Shown piece by piece: positions 47,030 to 56,394 of a stretch of 64,000 bases of DNA. Under the pieces are notes generated by a model, which was given only the letters and a program-made list of their open reading frames with translations, was not told where the DNA came from and did no database searches. Source of the stretch: a virus (Duplodnaviria > Caudoviricetes); the IMG/VR virus record IMGVR_UViG_3300025655_003289, positions 743-64,742 of that record; one strand, written 5' to 3'. Within the stretch, counting starts at the first letter, position 1, and the number at the start of each line of letters is the position of its first letter. A program made the translations under genes and the position numbers.

Positions 47030-47979
47030 TCCTCTTTTTCGTTAGCTTTAGAATAATCTGTTGGTCTTATTGCAAAGAAATCTGTATGCGTAACACCTCC
47101 AGTTAAGTGGTAGAACCAATCCAACTCGCTAGCGCTATCGCTGTCAAATTTAAAATAATTAGCATGGTCATTATATCCCAGTTCGACAATTTTTTCATTA
47201 ATTCTTTTACGTATAAAATTCTTTAAGTCTTTAGCTTTGAGATTTTCAATATCCCCCTGCTCAAACATCTTGTCAATGTATTTCTCTTCAAGAGTAAGCA
47301 TTACTGCCGCAGCCTCCAAAACATCACTACGAACATCGTCCTTCAGTCCTGGTATCTCATCGCATATATGCCTAAACAACTGACAACCCATCTTACTGTG
47401 TAACGATTCATCACGTACACTCCATTTCATTTGTTGCCCAATCCCTTTGAGCATATTTCGCAATTGGAAGCTGTACAATACAGCAAATGCGCTGTAAAGA
47501 GAAACGCCTTCTGCGAACGCAGAAAATATTGCCAAAGATCTAGCAATACCTTTTGGATCTTTACCATCATAACTGACTAAATTATCAAACCTTGCAGCAG
47601 TTGTTGGCTCGTGCAAGAAAGCCTCAAAATCTTCAAGACCTAGTGTTTCGTTTAAATAAGAATAAGCTACTGCGTGTATTGTTTCCTGAGAACCAAACAT
47701 CATAGCCATTTGTTGTATCTCGTGCTTAGGGAACCATCCGACTACCTTTTGAGTCCAATAATCAGATACTGCGCATTCAGTCTGCGCAAAACCAAGTAGT
47801 ATATTTCCGACTAAGTTCTTTTCAGATTCAGTAAGTTTCTCATTCCAATCTTTTACATCTCCAGACATAGGAATCTCTGTGTGTAGCCAAAATGCTTGAG
47901 CCTGTGGAAGCCAACCTTCAGTATAATATACTGGGTATTCAAATGGTTTGTAAGGTATTCTTTCGTCAAATAATCCCAT
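47011..47979 (-). CDS. nrdB: Ribonucleotide reductase class I beta subunit
   Basis: ETIHAVAY, AEGVSLYSAF, RDESLH, TDFF...TDY. Confidence 0.93.
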   Translation of the reverse strand: MGLFDERIPYKPFEYPVYYTEGWLPQAQAFWLHTEIPMSGDVKDWNEKLTESEKNLVGNILLGFAQTECAVSDYWTQKVVGWFPKHEIQQMAMMFGSQETIHAVAYSYLNETLGLEDFEAFLHEPTTAARFDNLVSYDGKDPKGIARSLAIFSAFAEGVSLYSAFAVLYSFQLRNMLKGIGQQMKWSVRDESLHSKMGCQLFRHICDEIPGLKDDVRSDVLEAAAVMLTLEEKYIDKMFEQGDIENLKAKDLKNFIRKRINEKIVELGYNDHANYFKFDSDSASELDWFYHLTGGVTHTDFFAIRPTDYSKANEKEDWEELW

Positions 47980-47991
47980 AAAATTTTAGAT

Positions 47992-48025
47992 AAAAATACC
48001 CGCCCAACCGAAGCAGAGCGGGTAT
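47992..48025 (-). terminator. Rho-independent terminator
   Basis: ATACCCGC...GCGGGTAT hairpin with a minus-strand T-run. Confidence 0.65.
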
Positions 48026-48043
48026 AAATTAATAAATACTATC

Positions 48044-48310
48044 TTATTTTAAGCCTACTTTAGCTTTAAGGCGACCATATACAGCAATGGCTTGTCCTAC
48101 GAAGAACATAACTCCAGCTACAATATTATCAGCGCTATTAGCCAATTCATCAGCTCCAGTCATAGCTGTATCAACAGCGCCCTGAACATCTACTTTACCG
48201 CTAGTCAAAGCAAATACAACCCCAGAAATAGAGGATATTGCAAGGCCGATAATTGTTTTAGACTTATACCAAGCCTTAAAGTTTTGAACGATTTCTGTTC
48301 CTTTTCCCAT
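48044..48310 (-). CDS. Small two-TM membrane protein (holin-like)
   Basis: KAWYKSKTIIG, two hydrophobic helices, YGRLKA. Confidence 0.6.
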   Translation of the reverse strand: MGKGTEIVQNFKAWYKSKTIIGLAISSISGVVFALTSGKVDVQGAVDTAMTGADELANSADNIVAGVMFFVGQAIAVYGRLKAKVGLK

Positions 48311-48334
48311 AATATAAATTGTTAAAATTAATAA

Positions 48335-48661
48335 TTACTCTACGTTATTTGAGGGGGTGACCTCAGCCGTCAAAGAATCAACAGCGTTGATTAAATCTTC
48401 CATTGTTACTTTTGCAGGCTCAATAACTGGCTCTACTGGTTTCGGAGCCACCAAAACCAATACTTCATTCTTTAACTGCTCTAAGTAATCCGCTGATTTA
48501 GAAGCAGTTACGAAGCTAGTGATGTTGTCCATTAGACAATCATAATCATTAATAGATAAACAAGCCATCGCCTTATCGTAAAGAGCGACGGAGTTTTTTC
48601 TTACTCGAGAAATCTCGGCATCCATTAGACCCGTGAATAAGTCAATCTTTTTTTGTTCCAT
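48335..48661 (-). CDS. Hypothetical protein
   Basis: ORF in operon context. Confidence 0.5.
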   Translation of the reverse strand: MEQKKIDLFTGLMDAEISRVRKNSVALYDKAMACLSINDYDCLMDNITSFVTASKSADYLEQLKNEVLVLVAPKPVEPVIEPAKVTMEDLINAVDSLTAEVTPSNNVE

Positions 48662-48675
48662 TTTTTTGTGTATGT

Positions 48676-48825
48676 TTAGTTTTCTATTGCAATTGCAAAA
48701 TCAACAAACGGCAAATAAAATACATAAGTTGTTACATTCTCAGTATAATATGTGCGAGCCCCAATCAATATCCCGGGATACAATCCAAATGATAACTCCC
48801 AAGCCTTTTCATCTTTTTCTTCCAT
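48676..48825 (-). CDS. Small hypothetical protein (49 aa)
   Basis: Hand translation MEEKDEKAWELSFGLYPGILIGARTY...YLPFVDFAIAIEN. Confidence 0.55.
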   Translation of the reverse strand: MEEKDEKAWELSFGLYPGILIGARTYYTENVTTYVFYLPFVDFAIAIEN

Positions 48826-48828
48826 GTA

Positions 48829-48987
48829 TTAATAAACCTTAACATTATAATAGTCCTGAATCTCCACTAACTCTCTGTATTTTAGAAATCCTTTTTGCTT
48901 AAGAGACCACTTGACAAACTTATCAATCTGTCTCTTGCTGTATTGATTTCTAGATACATGCTTTTCATTCTTGCTTAGGTGTCTCAT
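48829..48987 (-). CDS. Small basic protein (52 aa)
   Basis: Hand translation MRHLSKNEK...IDKFVKWSLKQKGFLKY..., ATGA-coupled. Confidence 0.55.
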   Translation of the reverse strand: MRHLSKNEKHVSRNQYSKRQIDKFVKWSLKQKGFLKYRELVEIQDYYNVKVY

Positions 48988-49130
48988 CTTCCTTGTCCTC
49001 TGTATTTCTTTTTGTAATTCTTAGAGCTCTTTAGATTTGACGTTTTTGTCTTAGCGTGAACCCCAGGCCTAGAGACCTTGACCTTGACCTTCTTATTAAT
49101 ATCGCTTGATTGCTTCTTAATTTTAGCCAT
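48984..49130 (-). CDS. Small very basic protein (48 aa)
   Basis: Hand translation MAKIKK...RPGVHAKTKTSNLKSSKNYKKKYRGQGR. Confidence 0.65.
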   Translation of the reverse strand: MAKIKKQSSDINKKVKVKVSRPGVHAKTKTSNLKSSKNYKKKYRGQGR

Positions 49131-49588
49131 TAATTCTTAAATTTATTATTATTTTCCAATATCAAAGATATAACTTTGTCGCACTCGATTTTAGTCTGAG
49201 GTTTGTACAATGTTATGCCGCTCATGTTGTCTTCGACGTATTTCTTAAACAACTTCCATCTCATTGGAAACGACTCATTGCTTCTGCCTTTACACTCAAT
49301 AATAAAACCTTGTCCGACAAAGTCAGGTGTATACTTTATAGGCAATATCTTTTTATTCCCTCTGTTTATAAACTCTCCTTTCCCATTAGACTGCCTTTCG
49401 TAAACTTCAGTCGTGAAATCAAATCCATCAATCAAAGTGAAAACATCCCCTTCATATATTGCTTTTATCCCAGCTTTTTTAAGAGCCATATACATATATC
49501 TTTCAAGACCAGAAGCAAAATTAATACCATCGTACTTTATTTTATTCGCCTGTACTGGACCCTTCTTTTTTGATTTTCTCATCTGCAT
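49130..49588 (-). CDS. PD-(D/E)xK endonuclease (T7 endonuclease I / resolvase-like)
   Basis: YDGINFASGLE...YTPDF...IIECKG. Confidence 0.8.
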   Translation of the reverse strand: MQMRKSKKKGPVQANKIKYDGINFASGLERYMYMALKKAGIKAIYEGDVFTLIDGFDFTTEVYERQSNGKGEFINRGNKKILPIKYTPDFVGQGFIIECKGRSNESFPMRWKLFKKYVEDNMSGITLYKPQTKIECDKVISLILENNNKFKN

Positions 49589-49799
49589 TTATTTGCTTTA
49601 AAACATTCCTTGTCTTTTCGATATACAGCAAGGCATCCATTAACTCTTCTTGAATATGATTCATCCAGTAATCTACTGATCCATCATTTTCTTCTAATGT
49701 AGTCCCATACTTTTTATATCCGACGTTAGATCTATCCGCAAACTTCCTAGCTACAGACTCGACAATCGGGTCAACAAACACAATACTAACTCTCTTCAT
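49542..49799 (-). CDS. All-alpha NTP pyrophosphohydrolase-like protein
   Basis: GYKKYGTTL...HIQEELMDALLY. Likely start at MKRVSIV. Confidence 0.6.
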   Translation of the reverse strand: MKRVSIVFVDPIVESVARKFADRSNVGYKKYGTTLEENDGSVDYWMNHIQEELMDALLYIEKTRNVLKQINADEKIKKEGSSTGE

Positions 49800-50061
49800 T
49801 CTTATTTTTATTATAATAATACCTATAATACTCAAAGACCTTAGCCGTGACCTCTCCTTTTCCGTAGGTCTCTGGAGATTTATGTAGCTTTCTTCCAAGC
49901 TTTATAAACACATGCCACGGCCCTTCGACTTTAACCTCCTCATAAACAACTATGCCATTATTTATGCACCATGTGTAGGCTGTGTAGTCTTCTCTGGTCT
50001 TTTCGTACTCTCCATAATCAAGCAATCCGTTTGGATTTAATTTAAACTTTCTCATCACCAA
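49786..50061 (-). CDS. Hypothetical protein
   Basis: ORF in operon context. Confidence 0.55.
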   Translation of the reverse strand: MVMRKFKLNPNGLLDYGEYEKTREDYTAYTWCINNGIVVYEEVKVEGPWHVFIKLGRKLHKSPETYGKGEVTAKVFEYYRYYYNKNKNEES

Positions 50062-51764
50062 GGCAAAGGATGTTCATCTGGAGTTTCTATCGGAATGAAA
50101 CTACCAGATTTTGATTCCCATTTAAAGTGAGCCTCCGCACCATTCTCTCCGAGATTTTGAAACTTAACCTTCAATACTTTAGCTTTAACAGTTTTACGAT
50201 TGTAATCTCTATGAACCAATATACCATGATAACTAGCATCATACCATTCGCCACCACCCTTAATGTTATACATAGTAGGCTCTTCAATATTTCCATCTTT
50301 GTCCTTATACATCTTTGTAGGGTGAGCCACAATTATAACAAGAACATCGTATTTCTTGCAGAAGATATCAATCTTCTCAAGATACTCAAGAGTGTACTTA
50401 TTCACATCATCAGTTGAAGAACTAAGATTGCGAACCTTATTAAATGGGTCAAGAACAAGACATTTTATACCCTTGCGCTTAACAAGTTCGGCGCCCTTAC
50501 GCAATGCATCGTCAAGAGTATACCTATCCATCTCGATAAAAAAGAAATTGTCATTGATATGGTCAGTGACTTTATTCCACTGCTCACTACCAATATCTTC
50601 TTTAGACGGCATAACTTGCCAAAGCTTACGCATCAACTTATGGGCATGCAAGAATGTAGGTTTATTCTCAGGTGATGCATAAGCAATCTTCCATCCGTAA
50701 TTAAGGTTATACCCAACAGTCATCTGGTCTACAAAGTCAGATTTACCAGAAGAGGGTATGCCTGTTACAGTAATAAACTGACTTGTGTATGTTGAAAATA
50801 TAGCGTCAAAGTTTGGAAGACCTACTTGGTAGCCAGGTTTAAAACCATTGAGTACAAAGTCTTCAACGTCCTTCTCAATTTCTTTAAACGTAACGACATT
50901 TTCGAGCGGGATTGCTTTGGCGGAATATACACGCTTCGCCAATTCTTCTGATCCATACTTTTGTAGGTATTCATTTGCATCTTTACAATCTTTATAATCA
51001 AGGGTATAACACAGTTCAGCACCAAGTCTTCTTATCAATTCTTGCTGCAATGCTTTTCCGGCTTCATCTGAATCAACAGCGATGATTACTTTTTCCTTAT
51101 CTGAAAAATAATCTATACAGTTATCAAGATATTGAAGGTTGTTGTTGTTGAGCGTAGCTCCATTCGGTACAGATATAACGTTCTTAATTCCGGCTTCGTG
51201 GAAAGATAATACATCCATTTCGCCCTCAACAATAATAACAGAATCATAGCCATTACTAGCATCGATATTGTAAAATACCTTTTCCGCTCCTTTATATAGT
51301 TTGAAATTCTTTTTACCATCTCTATACTTTATATTTACTAACTCACCTCCGATATAATAATTGAACTGAACTGTGTTTTCCTTCTTATTGGTCTGAGGCA
51401 TGTACTCCATACCTTCAGTGACCTTCAAATCAATTATAGTTTGTTTAGATATACCCCTCTGTTCAAACCATTTCTGTAATTTATCACTGACGCTTATTGA
51501 ATCAGCTATAGGCTCTGGCCTGATATAATCTTTATCTACCTCACCTTTGCGTTTAAATGTATGCATTTGAAATGTTTGATTACAGTTGTGACAAGTACCA
51601 ATACCTCTCTTCCAGTCATAAGAAGCGCATTTAAGACTCTGATGACCCTTTTTACGATTGTTACTACACAGAGGACATATACCTTGAGTTTTGCCAACGT
51701 CTAACTTATACTGGTTAAAGTCTTCAATCTCAAAACCATTTATCTCGTGCGTCTCAACTTGCAT
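50055..51764 (-). CDS. Primase-helicase (T7 gp4/Twinkle-like)
   Basis: Zn finger CPLC...CHNC, TOPRIM EGEMD/DSD/KDANE, SF4 helicase GIPSSGKS, LVLDP, VAHP. Confidence 0.92.
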   Translation of the reverse strand: MQVETHEINGFEIEDFNQYKLDVGKTQGICPLCSNNRKKGHQSLKCASYDWKRGIGTCHNCNQTFQMHTFKRKGEVDKDYIRPEPIADSISVSDKLQKWFEQRGISKQTIIDLKVTEGMEYMPQTNKKENTVQFNYYIGGELVNIKYRDGKKNFKLYKGAEKVFYNIDASNGYDSVIIVEGEMDVLSFHEAGIKNVISVPNGATLNNNNLQYLDNCIDYFSDKEKVIIAVDSDEAGKALQQELIRRLGAELCYTLDYKDCKDANEYLQKYGSEELAKRVYSAKAIPLENVVTFKEIEKDVEDFVLNGFKPGYQVGLPNFDAIFSTYTSQFITVTGIPSSGKSDFVDQMTVGYNLNYGWKIAYASPENKPTFLHAHKLMRKLWQVMPSKEDIGSEQWNKVTDHINDNFFFIEMDRYTLDDALRKGAELVKRKGIKCLVLDPFNKVRNLSSSTDDVNKYTLEYLEKIDIFCKKYDVLVIIVAHPTKMYKDKDGNIEEPTMYNIKGGGEWYDASYHGILVHRDYNRKTVKAKVLKVKFQNLGENGAEAHFKWESKSGSFIPIETPDEHPLPW

Positions 51765-51849
51765 TGGTTAAGTTTAAATTATTAATCCTCTATACAGGTA
51801 ACGTCACCATTACCATTGGTCCTTACATATACGTAGTCCTCCTCTAGCA

Positions 51850-52164
51850 TTAGAAAGGTAGATCGTCGTCTTCTTGTACGGATTGATTTTTTGCTTTAGG
51901 AGCAGGTGCTCCATCTCTAGGTGGTACTTGAGGAACAACACCGTCGGTCCATATAAGTTTACAGTTTCCTAGATAAACTTTAGGAGCCTTAGCCTCACGC
52001 TCTTCTTTTGTTTGAGAAAGGACTATACTAGCATTGTTTCCAAATTTGTCTGGTTCATTGTTAACAGAGATAGTAAGCCCAGCATACTTACCATTCTTTC
52101 CTTTGATAATTTTGTCTTGAGGTATATCTGTCAACTTGATACTACCTGATAAAATAAAAGCCAT
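51850..52164 (-). CDS. SSB-like protein
   Basis: Small beta-rich protein with acidic tail DDDLPF. Confidence 0.65.
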   Translation of the reverse strand: MAFILSGSIKLTDIPQDKIIKGKNGKYAGLTISVNNEPDKFGNNASIVLSQTKEEREAKAPKVYLGNCKLIWTDGVVPQVPPRDGAPAPKAKNQSVQEDDDLPF

Positions 52165-52279
52165 ATAATAAAATTTTAGGGTTTAATAAATAAAATAAAT
52201 AAATAACAAATATAAAAAACAAATAACGATGTTGCCATTATAAGCACAAATGCGTCATTAGAGTTGTCTTCTTCCATAA

Positions 52280-52621
52280 CTATTTCTCATAAGGAACTGC
52301 GTGTCCTTCTCGTAACATTAATTCACTTAGGTTCTCACCATCTACATATATTTCTCCAAGGCTTCTTCCAAAACTATCAAGTTCAGAAGAATGAACAACC
52401 ATATATGCATCTCTATTATCATCCATGTATATCCTCAAAAAATCTTTAGCTTCTAAGCCTCTTTCTTTCTCCTCTAAATCTTTAGTTCTCGTCTCTGGAG
52501 AGTTTATACCAAGCAACCTTATAGTTATATTGTGGAATATACTAAAGCCAAGATCTACTGTTGCTTCTATTGTGTCTCCATCTACAACTCGACGAACTTT
52601 TGTAATTTCGTATGTGTACAT
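52280..52621 (-). CDS. Thermonuclease (SNase-like)
   Basis: RVVDGDT, IRLLGINSPE, DSFGRSL. Confidence 0.88.
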   Translation of the reverse strand: MYTYEITKVRRVVDGDTIEATVDLGFSIFHNITIRLLGINSPETRTKDLEEKERGLEAKDFLRIYMDDNRDAYMVVHSSELDSFGRSLGEIYVDGENLSELMLREGHAVPYEK

Positions 52622-52622
52622 A

Positions 52623-52763
52623 TCACTTCAAAGATAGGCAAATTTCCCAATTCATCCAACCAAATATAAGCTCTATATTCCCATTTAATATTTTAGAGTA
52701 GGTCGTCTTTATAAATGGCAGAAAATAAAATTGACAAGATATTGTGTTAAACTCTATTCTCAT
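52623..52763 (-). CDS. Small hypothetical protein (46 aa)
   Basis: Hand translation MRIEFNTISCQFYFLPFIKTTYSKILNGNIELIFGWMNWEICLSLK, ATGA-coupled. Confidence 0.55.
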   Translation of the reverse strand: MRIEFNTISCQFYFLPFIKTTYSKILNGNIELIFGWMNWEICLSLK

Positions 52764-53509
52764 ACTATTTTTGTTTCTATATATTCCTTAGGGTTAAATC
52801 CTTCAGTCTTGTAATACAAGTCATACATTCCGTTAGCGCGGAAAACCTTATCGCTTCCGTTCTCTAATGTCTCATCAGATACCTCAAATATATTTATTAC
52901 ATGCGTATTTTTGTCGATTACAATAAATATGAGTTCATATCCAAACATTCTTGAATAAAGATAGGCTTGACTGTCGTAATTATAGTCGCGAACAGACCAC
53001 TTAAAACGTTCGATGTCGCTAGATGTCTTGATGTCTATAACTAATTTCTCATCGTGATTTAGAACATCGGCCTTTCCCTTCCAAAGGTTCCCATTAAAAT
53101 CCAAAATACCAGGAACTTCATGCTCAACTTTAGAGTGCGCTCCAGTTCCAAGTATTAAGTCAGATATAATTTTATTGGACAACAAAACATTAGACAACTC
53201 ATGAGCCTTGTCTGCCTCGTGCTCTAACAAGCATATCTCACCGTGGGATGCCACTTCTTCCTTGTACGCTTTATAATTCCTGTTTGGGTAATCAAGAATC
53301 TTGAATGATGTCAATTTGTCAGGCTGTAATATTAGCGTGTGTAAATAGCTGCCAAACAGCAAGTTAACATTCTTCTCAGTCTCCTTGTGTAGGTTTAAGG
53401 GGTTACTAAGAAGAGTTTTGATGTCAGAATTGCTGAGAAACTTTTTCCCAAAATCTCCATAATAATTATTGTCATCTCTAAGCTTCTCTATAATTTCTGA
53501 TCTATCCAT
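52760..53509 (-). CDS. PD-(D/E)xK exonuclease (RecE-like)
   Basis: LSNSDIK, GSYLH, KGKAD...IDIKT, YDSQAYLY. Confidence 0.8.
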   Translation of the reverse strand: MDRSEIIEKLRDDNNYYGDFGKKFLSNSDIKTLLSNPLNLHKETEKNVNLLFGSYLHTLILQPDKLTSFKILDYPNRNYKAYKEEVASHGEICLLEHEADKAHELSNVLLSNKIISDLILGTGAHSKVEHEVPGILDFNGNLWKGKADVLNHDEKLVIDIKTSSDIERFKWSVRDYNYDSQAYLYSRMFGYELIFIVIDKNTHVINIFEVSDETLENGSDKVFRANGMYDLYYKTEGFNPKEYIETKIV

Positions 53510-53929
53510 TTACACTGTCTTTTTAAGTTGATATTTACTTGCATCTACAAAATCCTCTGATTCGTCTTGACCAAACACGCCAAGAGCATAAAAACCAGTA
53601 AGCTTTAAAACAATACGCGACATCGCACGTTTCTCGGCCATAGCCAATACATAAGATTGACGGCAGTTCTTAGGCGATGCCTCTCCAAATGTAGTTAGTT
53701 TGCGGTTGTTCCATTCGGCGGTAGCCTTAACAGCAGCAGATTCGCCAGGTGTATACTCAACAACATCGTACTCGATATCTATATCTGACTCGGCTTGAAT
53801 CTTGTCGATACCAGATCTAGTAATAATTGTCCATCCCTGTGGGCTCTTAAACGCATCTTCCTTGTGAAGTCCGTACTTTACGAACAATTCACGAAGCATC
53901 TCTGATTTTGTTAATGTAGTGCTACTCAT
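53510..53929 (-). CDS. Putative single-strand annealing/recombination protein
   Basis: Adjacent to the exonuclease, with FGEA...AMAEKRA.SR...DESEDF pattern. Confidence 0.5.
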   Translation of the reverse strand: MSSTTLTKSEMLRELFVKYGLHKEDAFKSPQGWTIITRSGIDKIQAESDIDIEYDVVEYTPGESAAVKATAEWNNRKLTTFGEASPKNCRQSYVLAMAEKRAMSRIVLKLTGFYALGVFGQDESEDFVDASKYQLKKTV

Positions 53930-54239
53930 TGTCTTTTATAAATATACCGTTTTTAGTTTCTCCAGTTCTTGATTTTATTTCTTCATACGCAACACCAAGA
54001 CAAACCTCAGGGTGAAGCCCTAGCTGTGCAGAAAGTATTATAAGAGTTACAAAACTATCCCCAATGCCATCAAGTATCTTTGGATAATTATTCTTTAAAA
54101 TAGCCGCAGATAACTCCCCAACTTCCTCGTACACCTTTATAAGTTGTCGGTCTACGTTTTGTTTGTCAATCAACTTCCTATCCTCGGCCCAGTTAACAAT
54201 CAATCTAATTAACTCATCAAATGTTCTTTCTTGTTCCAT
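53922..54239 (-). CDS. MazG-like nucleotide pyrophosphohydrolase
   Basis: KVYEEVGEL...DGIGD. Confidence 0.82.
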   Translation of the reverse strand: MEQERTFDELIRLIVNWAEDRKLIDKQNVDRQLIKVYEEVGELSAAILKNNYPKILDGIGDSFVTLIILSAQLGLHPEVCLGVAYEEIKSRTGETKNGIFIKDNE

Positions 54240-54244
54240 ATAAT

Positions 54245-55006
54245 TTAATTTAAAAAATCCAACACCTCATTTGGTTCAACAGCATCGATAAGTTTATCTA
54301 TCGCATCCCTCTTTATTTGAGATACACGGACAAAATCAGCTGTTCCTTTAATCTCCAATAGCTCTGCTATTTTTTTAGCTGGTAACTTATCGCAATCAAG
54401 CCCATAACTAAATCTAAGTACATTGTATTCCCTATCCGTCAAATGTTTTCTCATAAGGGACAATACGTACTTATTAAGTAAAACTATATTGTACGGCTCA
54501 TTCTTATCTTCTACCTCAAAAGTAGAATCTCCGTCGTCATCAATCTTGTCGTCAATACTAAGGAACACGGAATTAAAGAACATCTCAACAAGTGCGTGGT
54601 CTTTACCATTATCCTTTCGTATTTCTGTAAGCTTATACTCTGGTATTCTTATGTCTCCACGATAAGAGTCTATCGCCCTGCGAATACCACCTCTAATTCG
54701 TTTAGATATAAACCCTTTAATCTGCTTCTCGATGTCATCTTCTAGGTTCATCTTGCCGAAGTCGAGTCTGTGTATAGCAAAAGTTAAACTAGCATTTGCT
54801 TCTTGTATTAAATCTTCATAGTTAATAATTCCAGACGTCGTGTCTGATGTAGAAAAACTTCTAGCAATCTCCTCTGCGTATGGCATAAACTTAATGATGA
54901 GTTGTTCTTTTGTATACTCATCAAAAAACTTACCCTCCATATTGGCTAGGGACGTGTTCAAATCTTGCTTATACCTTGCGTAATTTGCTTTGTTGTAATA
55001 CTTCAT
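54245..55006 (-). CDS. Sigma70-family RNA polymerase sigma factor
   Basis: Region 2 YEDLIQEA...RIRGGIRRAID...IRIP, region 4 LTDREYNVLRFSYGL...IAELL...RVSQIKRDAIDKL. Confidence 0.88.
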   Translation of the reverse strand: MKYYNKANYARYKQDLNTSLANMEGKFFDEYTKEQLIIKFMPYAEEIARSFSTSDTTSGIINYEDLIQEANASLTFAIHRLDFGKMNLEDDIEKQIKGFISKRIRGGIRRAIDSYRGDIRIPEYKLTEIRKDNGKDHALVEMFFNSVFLSIDDKIDDDGDSTFEVEDKNEPYNIVLLNKYVLSLMRKHLTDREYNVLRFSYGLDCDKLPAKKIAELLEIKGTADFVRVSQIKRDAIDKLIDAVEPNEVLDFLN

Positions 55007-55619
55007 TTAATATTCTTTTTTCATTCTTCAAATCTTCATCCATTATTCTGTATATTGTTCTAACAGAAACACCCAGAGATTCTGATATAGCTTTAACTGT
55101 TATCTTCTTTTTCTGGTCGTGAAGATACAACATTGCATCGTAAATATCAACATTATTAGCACATTTATTTCTGCCAATAATACTGCCTACGATTCTTAAT
55201 TTTTCGACTGAGGTAAGGCCAGTCCCGTCCTTAAAAATAATCTTCCTAAACTTTGTGTTAGGAGGAACACGAAATTCGATATCTAATACCTCTGCAAGAA
55301 TATTGTGCAAAAGGCTACTATCGATGCTAAAAGTGATAAATCCATTGTTCTGATCTACGATATATTCTGCCAAAGAGTAGAATGCTTGCGGGTCGATGTC
55401 CTGGTTAAGATATCTTAAAACAATCAGGTGCCATTTAAGACTCCTGAATGAGTTAATCTTAACCTTGGTATTGAATAAAGAATAATATTCACTGGTGCCA
55501 TTCTCATAATACCAACCCCAATCGTAAACCTCTGTAGGAACATCGCTAACAGGCAATCTTTTGTAGATGATACGGTTATCGTGAATAAAATCCATATTTC
55601 TTTGTGACATTAGCCCCAT
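54969..55619 (-). CDS. DNA-binding protein with C-terminal HTH (true start possibly 55610)
   Basis: KKITVKAISESLGVSVRTIYRIM. Confidence 0.75.
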   Translation of the reverse strand: MGLMSQRNMDFIHDNRIIYKRLPVSDVPTEVYDWGWYYENGTSEYYSLFNTKVKINSFRSLKWHLIVLRYLNQDIDPQAFYSLAEYIVDQNNGFITFSIDSSLLHNILAEVLDIEFRVPPNTKFRKIIFKDGTGLTSVEKLRIVGSIIGRNKCANNVDIYDAMLYLHDQKKKITVKAISESLGVSVRTIYRIMDEDLKNEKRILNEVLQQSKLRKV

Positions 55620-55647
55620 ATAATATAATTATTATACCCTATTGTCA
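55605..55647. promoter_or_regulatory. 43-bp dyad element, copy B (overlaps the HTH gene start)
   Basis: TGACATTAG-N25-CTATTGTCA. Confidence 0.7.
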
Positions 55648-55663
55648 GTGTTATTAAATAGTT

Positions 55664-55912
55664 TTATTCTTCTGGTTCTTTAAGTATTCCGGCTTGTTTA
55701 AGTTCGTCTTTGATTTTATCAAGACGCATCTTAACTTCATAAGCCTTGGCATACTCTTCGCTCTGCTCAAGAATTGAAAGCATTGTTTCTAGCTTAGCCA
55801 TCTCTCCGATTTTCTCGGTAGACCGCTCGGCTTCCTCTTCTAATTGCATTTGCTTCTCCCAGAGTTTATCAGCTACAAGGTTTGCAAGTTCTTCAATCTG
55901 TTCTTTTGTCAT
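55664..55912 (-). CDS. Hypothetical coiled-coil protein with UVR-like motif
   Basis: EEYAKAYEVKMRL. Confidence 0.5.
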   Translation of the reverse strand: MTKEQIEELANLVADKLWEKQMQLEEEAERSTEKIGEMAKLETMLSILEQSEEYAKAYEVKMRLDKIKDELKQAGILKEPEE

Positions 55913-55926
55913 ATAATAAAATTAAG

Positions 55927-56391
55927 TTATTTATACCAAACAGGTACGTTACGCTTCTTCCAGTTAACAATATCTTTTTTCTCGAGTATATAATACTTAC
56001 GATACGCATCGACAGCATTGTCCGACTTGCAATAGTCAGGCATTGCTTGTGCGAACGAGGTTAGGCCAACGTCAGGAATGTTAGGAGTTGGAAGGGACTC
56101 TATAACATCATAAGACTTATGATTCTTGACGTGGCCATACCTATATTTATATTCCTCGTTCAGACAAAAAGACAACTTTTTTAGCCACATCCAATTGGAT
56201 AATGACTTCCTTGCCCATATAGTACAAGGATGATTGCGGTGAGTTATCTTATACCCTAACTCACACTCGTTAGCAATGCGAACGTTAGTACTTAGAATTT
56301 GTGCGTACTCTAATATCATCTTTACTACATGCTTATCGCAATGGTATTCTGCACACTTTTGGTGGTCGTTATCGAGTACAAATATATTCAT
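55927..56391 (-). CDS. Pyrimidine-dimer DNA glycosylase-like protein
   Basis: MNIFVLD...HCDKHVVKMILEYAQILS...NHPCTIW...AYRKYY. Confidence 0.8.
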   Translation of the reverse strand: MNIFVLDNDHQKCAEYHCDKHVVKMILEYAQILSTNVRIANECELGYKITHRNHPCTIWARKSLSNWMWLKKLSFCLNEEYKYRYGHVKNHKSYDVIESLPTPNIPDVGLTSFAQAMPDYCKSDNAVDAYRKYYILEKKDIVNWKKRNVPVWYK

Positions 56392-56394
56392 ATA

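Noticed and set aside
52629-52659. Host-type promoter TTG-N20-TATCTTTG upstream of the SNase gene
   Set aside because: It lies inside a plausible coupled 46-aa CDS (52623..52763). A single short match in AT-rich DNA is not enough.
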